NCBI GenBank assembly: GCA_964494945.1 | Contig: CAZBTX010000002.1 | Span: forward strand, 38,696 to 102,695 | Origin: an uncultured Candidatus Saccharibacteria bacterium | GTDB taxonomy: Bacteria; Patescibacteriota; Minisyncoccia; Sungbacterales; JACQCQ01 | DNA: 64,000 nt | Direction of reading: 5' to 3' | Shown: positions 37,980 through 47,614 of the stretch, in pieces | Layout of the letters: each line of letters starts with the position of its first letter | How positions within the stretch are numbered: position 1 is the first letter of the stretch | Made by a program: the position numbers and the translations under genes | The notes under the pieces: model-generated | Database searches by the model: none | What the model saw: the letters and a program-made list of their open reading frames with translations, nothing else | What the model was told of the DNA's origin: nothing

Positions 37980-38457
37980 AGCTGATGCACCGCGCATCCC
38001 ACCAGCCGCGCGGGATGAGGTTGCTACGAAAGAGTGCCACAAGTTCCTTATAGTTCCGTGGATCTTGCAACCACATCCCAGCAAACCGTTCCGCGGACTG
38101 TTCATGCTCGAAGTCATAGAGCCAGAGAAATCTCATAGAAATTTCCGGCCCGCGAGGCAGAACGCCGAGATGATGGAACACTTCAAGGGCAATATGGCCC
38201 ATCTCATGCGCTACGTCTGTAAGACGTTCGCGAAGAGATCCTGCCGGTGTGATCTGGATCCGGTACCACCATGGATCATTTGCCACGGACCATCCACTTG
38301 TGGGAAAATAGTGAGCTCTCCCCCAGTTCCACGCCCCATGTCGCCCTACTTCAATTTCCCGGACACGTAACACCTCGAACTGATGACGCAGCCGCAGACC
38401 GCGTAACTGATCCAAACACTGAAAGAGCAGCTGATTCCAGTTGACGCCGGTCATCAT
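37978..38457 (-). CDS. putative HExxH zinc metallopeptidase (GC-rich)
   Basis: VAHEMGHIAL motif. Confidence 0.3.
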   Translation of the reverse strand: MMTGVNWNQLLFQCLDQLRGLRLRHQFEVLRVREIEVGRHGAWNWGRAHYFPTSGWSVANDPWWYRIQITPAGSLRERLTDVAHEMGHIALEVFHHLGVLPRGPEISMRFLWLYDFEHEQSAERFAGMWLQDPRNYKELVALFRSNLIPRGWWDARCIS

Positions 38458-38579
38458 CTCCTCCTGGAAACTTTAGATGCCCAAGTCTACCAAAAATTGG
38501 GAATGGTTGCCATTAAGCTGGCTTGCGAAGAAACCACTAAGTGGTTTTTTTGGTTTTACTTGATTGAAAGGAGAGTGCT

Positions 38580-38801
38580 ATGAAGAAATCAGAGAGTTTT
38601 TCATACCACCTCACGATTAGAATTAACTGGCGCGAGTTGAGACCAGAAAATCTTGCTGGCCATCTCGGCCAAGCAATGAGAGTGCATGCAGGAGATGATT
38701 GCCTCGGCTCAATCTCAATCATTGAGGTCCAGGAGCATTGGATTCGGACCAAAGTTGCAACTACTCTGATTCGTTTAATCCGCTGGATCTTCCAAGTCTA
38801 G
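38580..38801 (+). CDS. small hypothetical protein
   Basis: AAGGAG Shine-Dalgarno 5 nt upstream of the ATG. Confidence 0.35.
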   Translation: MKKSESFSYHLTIRINWRELRPENLAGHLGQAMRVHAGDDCLGSISIIEVQEHWIRTKVATTLIRLIRWIFQV

Positions 38802-38818
38802 CCCGCCTTCTGCGGGCT

Positions 38819-39601
38819 TCATATTTTTCTACCCAAAACCAGCGTCAGCAAAAATATCCCCGCGCTGGCAATGATCACCGCCGGCCCTGCGGCAACACCC
38901 CAAAGATAAACGGCTCCAACGCCAAGCATTACCGAAACGGCCGCGAAGGCCATGCTGATAATACCAAAACTATAAAGATTTTTCGCTACGTTCTTGGCCG
39001 CAGCCGCCGGTATTATGGTTAAAGTTCCCATAAGTAGCGTCCCCACGAACTTGATGCCGAGCGCCACCACTAAGGCCAGCATGAGAAGAAATACGAAATT
39101 GGCCAACTGAACGCGCAACTTGGAAGCATGCCATAAATCTGGAGCGGCGATGGAAAACATGATGCGTCGCGAGATTAAAACAGTTATGACAACTACTGCC
39201 AATGATGAAGCTATTGTAATCCAGGCCTCCAGCGGGGTAATTTTTGTTAGGTCGCCGAATAACGCTTCCAGAAGTTCCGGCTCGGGAGTTAAGAGAATCC
39301 CGGCAGCTAATGCTGCCGAAAATAAAACTCCCACAATGGCATCAATCGGTAAATTGGTTCTCTTCTCAAGTCCTGATATCAAAACTGCCGCTAAAAGCAA
39401 AAAAGCAAATGCTCCGATAAAAGGATTTAGATTAAATATGAGCGCTAGGGCAATTCCCGGCAGAGCCACGTGAGACAAGGCATCGGACACCAGGGACATC
39501 CGTTTCATTATCATAAAAACGCCTAAAAAACCGGCGGCGACCGCTGTCCCGAGCCCGGCCATTAAGCTGTAAAAAAGATTTGAATCAAGAAATTGGCTCA
39601 T
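38819..39601 (-). CDS. znuB: metal (Zn/Mn) ABC transporter permease
   Basis: Topology and motifs of the ABC-3 family. Confidence 0.65.
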   Translation of the reverse strand: MSQFLDSNLFYSLMAGLGTAVAAGFLGVFMIMKRMSLVSDALSHVALPGIALALIFNLNPFIGAFAFLLLAAVLISGLEKRTNLPIDAIVGVLFSAALAAGILLTPEPELLEALFGDLTKITPLEAWITIASSLAVVVITVLISRRIMFSIAAPDLWHASKLRVQLANFVFLLMLALVVALGIKFVGTLLMGTLTIIPAAAAKNVAKNLYSFGIISMAFAAVSVMLGVGAVYLWGVAAGPAVIIASAGIFLLTLVLGRKI

Positions 39602-40332
39602 GCTACGTGTTCTCCTTCTTTAGTATGCAAGTGATGATAAAACGTGGTCTCGCCGTAAAGTTTTTCCAACTGCTGGGGTGTTAAAACCTCATGCGGCTCG
39701 CCGGAGCAAACCAGCGATTTATTAAGGCAGAGGACCGAAGTGGCGTATCTGAATACCACGTTCAATTCGTGTGATACGAGAATAATAGTGATGCCGAATT
39801 TGTCCTGTAATTCGTGAAGTAAATTGTAAACCGTCTCTTCGCCGGAAATATCCACGCCCGCCGTTGGTTCATCAAAAAGAAGCACACTGGGCTTGTCAAA
39901 AAGCGCCCAAGCGATCAAAGCCCGCTGGACTTGTCCCCCGGAAAGAGTTGAGAGACGTTCGTTCATGACCGAGGCCGGCAATTCCACGGTCTCCAGCGCC
40001 TCACGGATTCGTTTATCATGATTTACCCAGGAAAGCAGGAAATTCTTCTCATGCAGCAGAAAAAACTCACGCACCGTAATGGGAATATTCTTGTCAATTT
40101 GAAAACGCTGCGGGACGTATCCGATACGTACATCCGGACGCCACCGAATCACGCCTTGATACGGCAATGTCCCTAAAAGCGTCCTGAAAAGAACGGTTTT
40201 TCCCGCTCCATTCGGCCCGATAATGGCCGTAACATCGCCCTCATTCACCGTAAAAGAGAGACCGGAAAGTATCTCCTCTTTTTCAATCGTGACCGACAAA
40301 TTTTCTACTTCAAGAATAGGATTTTTATCCAT
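39598..40332 (-). CDS. znuC: metal ABC transporter ATP-binding protein
   Basis: Walker A GPNGAGKT, signature LSGGQ, Walker B. Confidence 0.7.
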   Translation of the reverse strand: MDKNPILEVENLSVTIEKEEILSGLSFTVNEGDVTAIIGPNGAGKTVLFRTLLGTLPYQGVIRWRPDVRIGYVPQRFQIDKNIPITVREFFLLHEKNFLLSWVNHDKRIREALETVELPASVMNERLSTLSGGQVQRALIAWALFDKPSVLLFDEPTAGVDISGEETVYNLLHELQDKFGITIILVSHELNVVFRYATSVLCLNKSLVCSGEPHEVLTPQQLEKLYGETTFYHHLHTKEGEHVA

Positions 40333-40383
40333 GGTTAGAAATCTAACACGAAAATTTTAACTAGACAAAGCCCCTGACAAATT

Positions 40384-40465
40384 TATTCTATGTACTCTAT
40401 TTTGGTACTCTATTCCAACTGTTAATACCCTATGCTATGCTATAGCATGACATAGAGTACATAGA
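40384..40465. repeat. composite palindrome: 16-bp TIRs around ATGCTATAGCAT core
   Basis: attctatgtactctat ... atagagtacatagaat with a central tatgctatagcatg. Confidence 0.6.
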
Positions 40466-40470
40466 ATAAA

Positions 40471-41076
40471 ATGGGTATAGACAAGCATGGCAGGGTTAGC
40501 TATATCATGATGACGCGGAAGGGAGAAATTGCGAGATTAATATTGGGGATTCTCGCGGGGGCTGGAGTAGTTTTAGTCGCGGCCACGCTCCCCGGACTCG
40601 CGGTAGCGCTGAAGCCGTTCGCGCGAAAGAAAAACAAGCATCTTGAAAAACAAAGTCTTGAGCGAGCCCTCCGGCGCCTTTGCCAAAGACGACTGGTTGA
40701 ATTAGTGCCTGACCGCAATGGCAACTTTTCGCTGTTAGTCACCAAACTTGGTAAAAAACATCTCAAGAAACTGGACTTCGAGAGTTTAAAGCTTAAAATC
40801 CCAGAATATTGGGACGGAAAGTGGAGTGTGATACTTTTTGATATACCGGAATCGCGCAAAGCGGCTCGTAATGCGCTCCAACGAAAATTAAAAGAGATGG
40901 GCTGTTTCCAACTCAACAAAAGTGTGCTTGTACACCCCAGTGACTGTGAGGATGAGATAGATTTCACCAGTGAAATACTTGGGATCAGAAACTATGTAAT
41001 AACTTTTCAAACAACGTCTTTGGGACACCAAGAACATCGGGCCTTACACCACTTTAAGTTAAAACCGAGATCATAA
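40471..41076 (+). CDS. membrane-anchored winged-helix protein with Cas2/VapD-like C-terminal domain (tentative)
   Basis: N-terminal TM helix, a wHTH-like LERALRRLCQRRLVELV, then WSVILFDIPESRKAARNALQRKLKEMGCFQLNKSVLV, which resembles the Cas2 beta-alpha-beta core. Confidence 0.4.
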   Translation: MGIDKHGRVSYIMMTRKGEIARLILGILAGAGVVLVAATLPGLAVALKPFARKKNKHLEKQSLERALRRLCQRRLVELVPDRNGNFSLLVTKLGKKHLKKLDFESLKLKIPEYWDGKWSVILFDIPESRKAARNALQRKLKEMGCFQLNKSVLVHPSDCEDEIDFTSEILGIRNYVITFQTTSLGHQEHRALHHFKLKPRS

Positions 41077-41136
41077 CAAAGACTTTAACTACAAATCGAC
41101 AACATCAAAAAACACACCGCATACGTTCTACACACT

Positions 41137-41174
41137 CCTACCCTATACCATGCTATAGCATGGTATAGGGTAGG
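41137..41174. repeat. 38-bp perfect palindrome with ATGCTATAGCAT core
   Basis: cctaccctataccatgctatagcatggtatagggtagg. Confidence 0.8.
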
Positions 41175-41200
41175 AATTGGTCTTATTCACTTTATGTGAA

Positions 41201-42925
41201 TTACTTCAGCATCTGTAGCATCTTTTCTATGGGTAGCGTATTTATTATGTCTTTTGCCTCGCACCAGCCGCGACGAGCTTGGGCAATACCGAACTCCAAA
41301 AAGGCGAAGTGCGAGATAGCGTGCGCGTCTGAATCAATGGAAAACTTTATCCCAGCTTCGCGAGCTATGCGAATATGCTCGTCTTTCAAATCCAGCCGAT
41401 GGGGCTCGCCGTCAATTTCCAAAATGGTCTTGGTGCGCTTGACGGCCCTTAATATCTCGTCAAAATCCAGTTCTATCGGTTCACGCTTCTGTATCAGGCG
41501 GTCGGACAAATGGAAAATAATGTCCACGTTAGGATTTTCCATGGCGCGGATCACGCGCTTGGTCTGGTCGGCCCTAGATAATTTTAAATTTGTATGCACC
41601 GCCGCGCCAACGCAATCCAGCATCGCCAGAGTTTTATCGTTTATGTCCAATTTCCCGTCGGCGAGAATATTAACTTCCGCGCCTTTTAGAACTCTAAATT
41701 TAATCCCGCGCTTTTTTAACTCCAAATTAACTTTATCAATTTCAGCCATTTGGCGCACCAGCTTTTTCTCATCCGCGCCGCCTGTCATGGCGAGCGTCCG
41801 AGTATGGTCAGTAATCACAATATATTCCAATCCATATTTATATGCGGCCAGCGCCATCTCCATAATGGAATTATTTCCATCGGTCCAGTCGGTTTGCGTC
41901 TGCAAATCGCCCTTTAAATCCTTATACCCGATAATTCTCGGCAAATTATTTTTGGCGGCCAGTTCAATTTCGCCTTTATTTTCGCGCATTTCCGACTCTA
42001 CGTATTGAAGCCCGAGTGTTTTATAAACTTCTTCTTCGGTTCTACCAGCGATACGCTTTGCCCCCTTGAAAAGGCCGTATTCGTTCAGCTTGTATCCTTT
42101 TTTAATGGCGCGTTCTCTCAATGCCACATTATGTTCTTTAGAGCCGGTAAAATAATTTAGCGCGGCACCGAACGATTCTTCGGGAATCACGCGGATATCC
42201 ACATCCAAGCCGTTTTTCATCCTGACCATGGACTTGGTTTCGCCATGAGCGTAAACGTGCGCGACGTCCTTCATGCGCACGAAATTATTCATAACAGGCC
42301 GCGGTTTTTTAGAAACCGCGATAATATCAATATCCCCCACCGTTTCTTTCCAGCGCCGGAACGAACCGGCAATGACAAGTTCATCTACCCCTTTCCAGCT
42401 TTTTAGTTCTGATTCCAATTCTTTAACATATGGGCGAATATCGCCCAAAACAAATCTCCCGCCGTGCGATTTTACAAATTCAATGCCTTTTAAAATTTTA
42501 TCTTCCGATTTTTTGCCAAATCTCGGAAGTGTAGCGATTTTTCCGGCCTTGGCGGCTTTCTCCAGATCGGCAACGGTTTTAATTCCCAATTTCTGCCATA
42601 AGACCTTAATTCCTTTCGGCCCCACGCCTTCAATTTTGGTAAGCCCCGCGATATCCACCGGCAGTTTCTTTTTTAATTGCTCATATTCCTTGATGTGGCC
42701 GGTACTCACATATTCCTCAATTTTTTCCGCGAGCCCTTGCCCCACGCCGGGAATATTTTTCAAAGCCGGAATGCCGCCTTCTTTATAAACGCTCTTTACG
42801 TCCTCGGAGAATGACCCGACCGATTCGGAAGCGCGCTCATACGCTTGCGGCTTAAACGGCACGTCGTCCACGGCCATTAATTCCGCCATCTCCAGAAAAA
42901 TTTTGGCGAGTTCCTTATTTATCAT
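41201..42925 (-). CDS. polX: DNA polymerase X family protein with C-terminal PHP domain
   Basis: HhH motifs, a pol-beta-like NT domain (GSFRRWKETVGDIDI), and a PHP phosphoesterase region (ITDHT). The start is at MINKELAKIF. Confidence 0.7.
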   Translation of the reverse strand: MINKELAKIFLEMAELMAVDDVPFKPQAYERASESVGSFSEDVKSVYKEGGIPALKNIPGVGQGLAEKIEEYVSTGHIKEYEQLKKKLPVDIAGLTKIEGVGPKGIKVLWQKLGIKTVADLEKAAKAGKIATLPRFGKKSEDKILKGIEFVKSHGGRFVLGDIRPYVKELESELKSWKGVDELVIAGSFRRWKETVGDIDIIAVSKKPRPVMNNFVRMKDVAHVYAHGETKSMVRMKNGLDVDIRVIPEESFGAALNYFTGSKEHNVALRERAIKKGYKLNEYGLFKGAKRIAGRTEEEVYKTLGLQYVESEMRENKGEIELAAKNNLPRIIGYKDLKGDLQTQTDWTDGNNSIMEMALAAYKYGLEYIVITDHTRTLAMTGGADEKKLVRQMAEIDKVNLELKKRGIKFRVLKGAEVNILADGKLDINDKTLAMLDCVGAAVHTNLKLSRADQTKRVIRAMENPNVDIIFHLSDRLIQKREPIELDFDEILRAVKRTKTILEIDGEPHRLDLKDEHIRIAREAGIKFSIDSDAHAISHFAFLEFGIAQARRGWCEAKDIINTLPIEKMLQMLK

Positions 42926-43538
42926 CGGTCTTAATATCAGCTGAAATCTTTTCTGCGAATACCGAGTGGTAAAGGAGCACGAGTACGACCGTCCCCACCA
43001 GTGCCGTAAACCCCGCCACAAGAAAAAGCGTCCTAAAACCGTAGGCTTCAGTAATAAGCCCCGAGAGAGCCCCCACCGTGCCCACCGCCAGCGCCACGGT
43101 TACGTTCTCCACTCCCCATTCCAGCCCCTCCCTTTTTTTGTCTATGCCGCGGGTAAAAAGCGAGTACCAAGCGGGTAAATCAACGGCGCGTCCCAGACCC
43201 GCTAGGGCCTGGATAGCGTATATGTGCCAGGGATACTCGGCCACGGTAAACAGGAATAGGGCCGCTGTCGTAATGAAGGCACCAACGATGAGAAAAATAA
43301 AGTCGTCGCGATCGCCGTCGTGCCTGTCTATGAACCAGCCGATGGGAATTTGCAAGATCCACATGACCATGTAAATAGCCGTGGCGAATCCGGCCGTTTT
43401 CACGCTCCCGCCTTCTATGCCGGTGGCAATGAAAATCGGCAGAATCGGCCCCAAAAAACCTATGCCCGCCAGCATGAAGAAATCGGAAAGCACCAGCATC
43501 CGTATAATCGGGTTTATTCTTAGTGAGACAAGCAACAT
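42915..43538 (-). CDS. half-size MFS-like transporter fragment (6 TM)
   Basis: 207 aa resembling the C-terminal half of an MFS transporter. Overlaps its neighbours by a few nt. Confidence 0.35.
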   Translation of the reverse strand: MLLVSLRINPIIRMLVLSDFFMLAGIGFLGPILPIFIATGIEGGSVKTAGFATAIYMVMWILQIPIGWFIDRHDGDRDDFIFLIVGAFITTAALFLFTVAEYPWHIYAIQALAGLGRAVDLPAWYSLFTRGIDKKREGLEWGVENVTVALAVGTVGALSGLITEAYGFRTLFLVAGFTALVGTVVLVLLYHSVFAEKISADIKTDDK

Positions 43539-43541
43539 GAA

Positions 43542-44156
43542 CTAAAAAAGAGTTAATGGCCCGGATGGCTTGCCGGCATTAAACACTCCGACTGGCGTCG
43601 GCGCATCTTCTTTTAATAACTCCGGCAGTTTTTTAAAACTATTTTCCAGTTCTTTTAAGACCGCGCCGGCGCGGAGCGCGGCCGCGGGATGGAACATGGG
43701 AATTACGCGCCTTCCATCTACCCAAAAAACTTTGCCTTGATCGCGAGAAATTTTGGCCTCCGGCAAAAAATAATTCATGGAGAATCTCCCCAGGGGCACG
43801 ATAGCCTTGGCATCAATTATCTCAATTTGTTTTGCTAGATACGGCTTGTATGCCTCAATTTCTTCCGGCAAAGGGTCTCGGTTTTCCGGCGGGCGGCGCT
43901 TCACGATATTGGTGATATAAACCTCCTCGCGTTTCCAACCGTTGGCCAATATTAATTTATCCAAAAGTTTTCCGGCATTCCCCACGAAGGGGCGCCCGAG
44001 CCGGTCTTCGTGAAATCCCGGCGCTTCACCAATGAATAAAACATCAGTATCCGGACTCCCTTCGCCAAATACCAGATTGGCTTCTCCGTAAAGCGGCAAA
44101 GACTTATCTTTGACTATTTGCTCTTTTAATTCCTCCAATGCTTCGCTTTTAGACAT
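43542..44156 (-). CDS. udg: uracil-DNA glycosylase family 4
   Basis: GEAPGFHEDRLGRPFVGNAGKLL motif. Confidence 0.7.
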   Translation of the reverse strand: MSKSEALEELKEQIVKDKSLPLYGEANLVFGEGSPDTDVLFIGEAPGFHEDRLGRPFVGNAGKLLDKLILANGWKREEVYITNIVKRRPPENRDPLPEEIEAYKPYLAKQIEIIDAKAIVPLGRFSMNYFLPEAKISRDQGKVFWVDGRRVIPMFHPAAALRAGAVLKELENSFKKLPELLKEDAPTPVGVFNAGKPSGPLTLF

Positions 44157-44313
44157 ACCCGGTAGTAGAAACTCGAATTACGTTTTAGTTATTATATTCT
44201 GATTTTAATCAATATACCCGTATCCCTGAACTAAACCGAATTAGGTATTATCCCATATGGCTTCGCCTTCGAGTTTTCCCTGCCCGCCGGCAGGCGGGAC
44301 TACCGGGCATATC
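44154..44313. mobile_element. MITE-like element (left TIR starts at udg ATG)
   Basis: Left TIR catacccggtagtagaaactcgaa. Right end ggactaccgggcatat. Confidence 0.45.
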
Positions 44314-44393
44314 AGGTAGTGAAAATTCAACTGCTGTGACATTTGATGTTTCGCGAAGCGAAACATCCGTCGAATTTCTACTACCTAGCATAT
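44309..44393. mobile_element. MITE-like element, tandem to previous
   Basis: TIRs catatcaggtagtgaaaattcaac and gtcgaatttctactacctagcatat around an inner gatgtttcgc-gaa-gcgaaacatc hairpin. Abuts the stop codon of the 44395 gene. Confidence 0.55.
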
Positions 44394-44394
44394 A

Positions 44395-45537
44395 TCAAAA
44401 ACATCTGGCGATACCGGCACATGTTCTAGTAATCTCATAAATAACGCCGAGCATGAACATCGCGACCATCCCGTAAGCCGCTAACGCGGGAAAACGCCCG
44501 AGAACGCAGTGAACCGAAAGTGACTTCCACATACTGACAATCAAAACACCTTCGGTGCCTATCGTAAGAGCCCCTACGAAACTTATGACGCGAATAAAAT
44601 CAGAAATGCCCATAGCCACCAGGATAAACGGGAGAAACGAGGTAATGACCCAGGCCAAATTCTTTTTAACACCAAAATCTATATTAAGCAGTTCTTTGAA
44701 GGTAAGTCCGACGCCAATAAACGAAGTGATAATCGCCAAAAATCCGATGAGATTCCCTAAAATCGCCGCCGGCTCACCGAGTTTCTCCGCAATTCCCGAA
44801 ATCGCGTCCTGCGATACACCGCCGCCGCTGGAAGCCAATATGGCGGCGGTGAATAAGGAGTAAAGTACGGCTGGCGCCAGCGTCCCCCAGAGAATAACGG
44901 ACCTTAAATAACGGCCATCACTCGCCAATGTTTCTCGCACCCGAGGTATCACTGATGTTCCAGCTAGAGCGAAAAGAATTACACCGTAGGGTATCGCGGC
45001 GCGACTTACGTCAATTTTGGCGATAAACCCGAAGTTCCCAAAAAGAATCCCCAGAGTTATCAAGACGACCATGAAAAAAATCAGCATGGCGGAAAATACG
45101 CCGTTGATCTCGGTGGAGATCCAAGAATTGTAGAAAAAAACCGAAAGGCCGGTCACCAAAAATAAGATCACGGCCGCGTGATAGGTGAAATCGCCGAGCC
45201 AAGGCGCCATAAGCGCTCCAAGAAATTTTGTGCCCAGAATTACGTAAACCACCATAGCCCCCAAAAGTCCGGCGGATGATGATGCCGACGCGACCGCGCG
45301 CCATGATCTTCCCAAATAGTGCGAAACGTATCCCGGCAGTTGATGGAGCTCGGGGCGAGAAAGCACAATATCGCCATACATAAGATGAATGGCCAGTATC
45401 ACGCCGGTCAAAAATACAAGTTCTAAAACACCTAATAAAAATCCGGTTTGGGCGATAACGTAAGGTAACGCGAACATCCCCACCCCGATGATGGTACCAA
45501 CCAAGAGTGCCAGCGCTTGAAAGTAGCGGGCATTCAT
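44395..45537 (-). CDS. amino-acid permease-like transporter (about 11 TM)
   Basis: Polytopic protein. The N-terminal GVGMFALP motif resembles aromatic amino acid permeases. Confidence 0.4.
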   Translation of the reverse strand: MNARYFQALALLVGTIIGVGMFALPYVIAQTGFLLGVLELVFLTGVILAIHLMYGDIVLSRPELHQLPGYVSHYLGRSWRAVASASSSAGLLGAMVVYVILGTKFLGALMAPWLGDFTYHAAVILFLVTGLSVFFYNSWISTEINGVFSAMLIFFMVVLITLGILFGNFGFIAKIDVSRAAIPYGVILFALAGTSVIPRVRETLASDGRYLRSVILWGTLAPAVLYSLFTAAILASSGGGVSQDAISGIAEKLGEPAAILGNLIGFLAIITSFIGVGLTFKELLNIDFGVKKNLAWVITSFLPFILVAMGISDFIRVISFVGALTIGTEGVLIVSMWKSLSVHCVLGRFPALAAYGMVAMFMLGVIYEITRTCAGIARCF

Positions 45538-45542
45538 ACGAT

Positions 45543-46121
45543 TTATACCGAGGCAACTTTCTCTTTTTTAACCAGCTCTATCACTTTTTCCACCAACTTC
45601 TTAGGGTCGGCATCATAAATGATCTTCCCCGGCCCGCGATGGGATTTAGCCACAATTTCGTCAATTTCGTCAGCCGTGCCGCCGGTATCCGTTAATACGC
45701 CGATGGGTTTGTTGTCTTCAAAAGCATCCGTGAATTCATTTAAGGTTCCGATTCTGCCACAGGAAAAAATCACGGCGTCAGCCGAGCGCGTCAGCAGTAA
45801 ATTTCTGCCAGAGTAGCCAAATCCCGTGTAAACTATCAAATCGTGATAATCCAAGGGGAGTTTATACTCTTCCACATGTTCTCTTTCGGTGGCGGCCGGC
45901 GAGATGCCAATGATAAATCCTCCGGCTTCTTTGGCGCCAATAGCTGCCCAATATGGTGCCCCGGTGGTAGCGCCCGTTACCAAAACCGCGTTGCTTAGAG
46001 CGATCTGACGACCAAGTTCCTTGGTCATGGGAAGGGCATTGGGCGCGCAGTGGCCGGTCTCGGCCGCGCCCGAGACCGCGATTTTCAATTTCAAATGCAT
46101 GTGGGCTTCTTTGCCATTCAT
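45543..46121 (-). CDS. LOG/TIGR00725-family Rossmann-fold protein
   Basis: IAVSGAA...GATTG...GGxGTLNE pattern. Confidence 0.45.
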   Translation of the reverse strand: MNGKEAHMHLKLKIAVSGAAETGHCAPNALPMTKELGRQIALSNAVLVTGATTGAPYWAAIGAKEAGGFIIGISPAATEREHVEEYKLPLDYHDLIVYTGFGYSGRNLLLTRSADAVIFSCGRIGTLNEFTDAFEDNKPIGVLTDTGGTADEIDEIVAKSHRGPGKIIYDADPKKLVEKVIELVKKEKVASV

Positions 46122-46151
46122 ATGGTTTATTCTATCATGCTAAATTCCTAC

Positions 46152-47555
46152 CTAAATTAATTCCACGCGCTGACCTAGGGTCGGCGCGTCAGCCGGAATG
46201 CCAAGTTTATCCCGCACTTCCTGCACCAGCGCCAAAGACGCCTCTTCTTCTCCTTGCACGGCGTAAACGTGCGCCAGCGAGTCCTTCAAGTGCGCCACAA
46301 AATTGAACAGCCGGTCTTTGTCGGCGTGCGCCGAGTAGCCATGAGCTGTCAAGACTTCGGCTCGTACCGGAATTTCTTCACCGAAAATTTTAACCGAGTC
46401 AGCGCCGTCCAAAATTCGGCGTCCCAAAGATCCCTTGGCTTGATAGCCCGTGATTAAAAGCATGGAATTCTCATCCGCAAGATATCTTCGCAAATGATGC
46501 AAAATTCTGCCGCCCGTCATCATGCCGGAACCCGCGATGATCACTTTGGGCGACGGCACGTCGTTAATGGCTTTTGATTCTTCCACGCTCGGCGTATTTT
46601 TTAAGCCCTTGGAAGCGAATAGATGAGGGTGCTCTTCATGGAGTGTTTGAATTTTCTCGTTGTAGTAGGGCCAGTATTTTTCAAAGACCTCCGTGATCTT
46701 TATCGCCAAGGGCGAATCCACAAAAACCGGCATATCCGGAACACGTTTTTGGACCACTTTCTCGTTCAATTCAAAGATCACGTCCTGGGTGCGCTCGGTG
46801 GCAAAGGCCGGTATCATCAAAACGCCTTTTCTGGCGGCTGTATCCTCCATCACCCGCTCTAGGATCAATTTATCATCGCTTGACCCAATGTGGGCCTTAT
46901 CCCCGTAGACCGATTCAATCACGAGATAATCTATTTCGTTAACGACATCAGCTGGCGGGAGAAGCAATGATGTCTCGTTGCCTAAATCCCCCGTAAAAAG
47001 AACTTTCTTGCCCTGAACTTTAACTTCCACCATGGAAGACCCTAGAATATGTCCGGCCCGAAGCAGTGAGATCGTCATGTCTCCCACAGCCATCGCTTCG
47101 TGATATTCCAGCGTTTCCCATTGGGTCATGGCTTGGTCAATGTCGGGGATGTCGTACGTAATTTCTTCCTGACAATCCTTGGCTTCTTTCTCCATGATGC
47201 CATACCCATCTCTGATAATAAGCTCCGCCAAGTCCCTGGTCGGCGGCGTGGAATAGATCGGCCCGCGGAATCCTTCTTTTACGAGCTTGGGGATCCTACC
47301 GATGTGGTCCAGATGCGCGTGAGTGATAAAAAGAGCGTCAATTTCTTTAGGATTGAAACCAAAGGGTTTTGAATTGTGTGTTTCGCAAAAACGTCCGCCT
47401 TGAATTAATCCGCAATCCACCAATATTTTGGCGTTATCCGTTTCCAGCAAATAACAAGCGCCCGTAACCTCGCGGGCTCCGCCGTGAAACGAAAGAGTTA
47501 ATTTATTCATCGTCGTTGACATTCTAAACCGAGCTGACCCAAATGCCAATCTCAT
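46152..47555 (-). CDS. MBL-fold beta-CASP ribonuclease (RNase J/CPSF-like)
   Basis: HAHLDHIG motif and the beta-CASP region. The start is probably at 47522 or 47510. Confidence 0.6.
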   Translation of the reverse strand: MRLAFGSARFRMSTTMNKLTLSFHGGAREVTGACYLLETDNAKILVDCGLIQGGRFCETHNSKPFGFNPKEIDALFITHAHLDHIGRIPKLVKEGFRGPIYSTPPTRDLAELIIRDGYGIMEKEAKDCQEEITYDIPDIDQAMTQWETLEYHEAMAVGDMTISLLRAGHILGSSMVEVKVQGKKVLFTGDLGNETSLLLPPADVVNEIDYLVIESVYGDKAHIGSSDDKLILERVMEDTAARKGVLMIPAFATERTQDVIFELNEKVVQKRVPDMPVFVDSPLAIKITEVFEKYWPYYNEKIQTLHEEHPHLFASKGLKNTPSVEESKAINDVPSPKVIIAGSGMMTGGRILHHLRRYLADENSMLLITGYQAKGSLGRRILDGADSVKIFGEEIPVRAEVLTAHGYSAHADKDRLFNFVAHLKDSLAHVYAVQGEEEASLALVQEVRDKLGIPADAPTLGQRVELI

Positions 47556-47614
47556 GCGGCGTTTTACAAAACTCGATTCCGGTGGTAAAAAAGATGTAAT
47601 TCCAGCTTAAGGGG

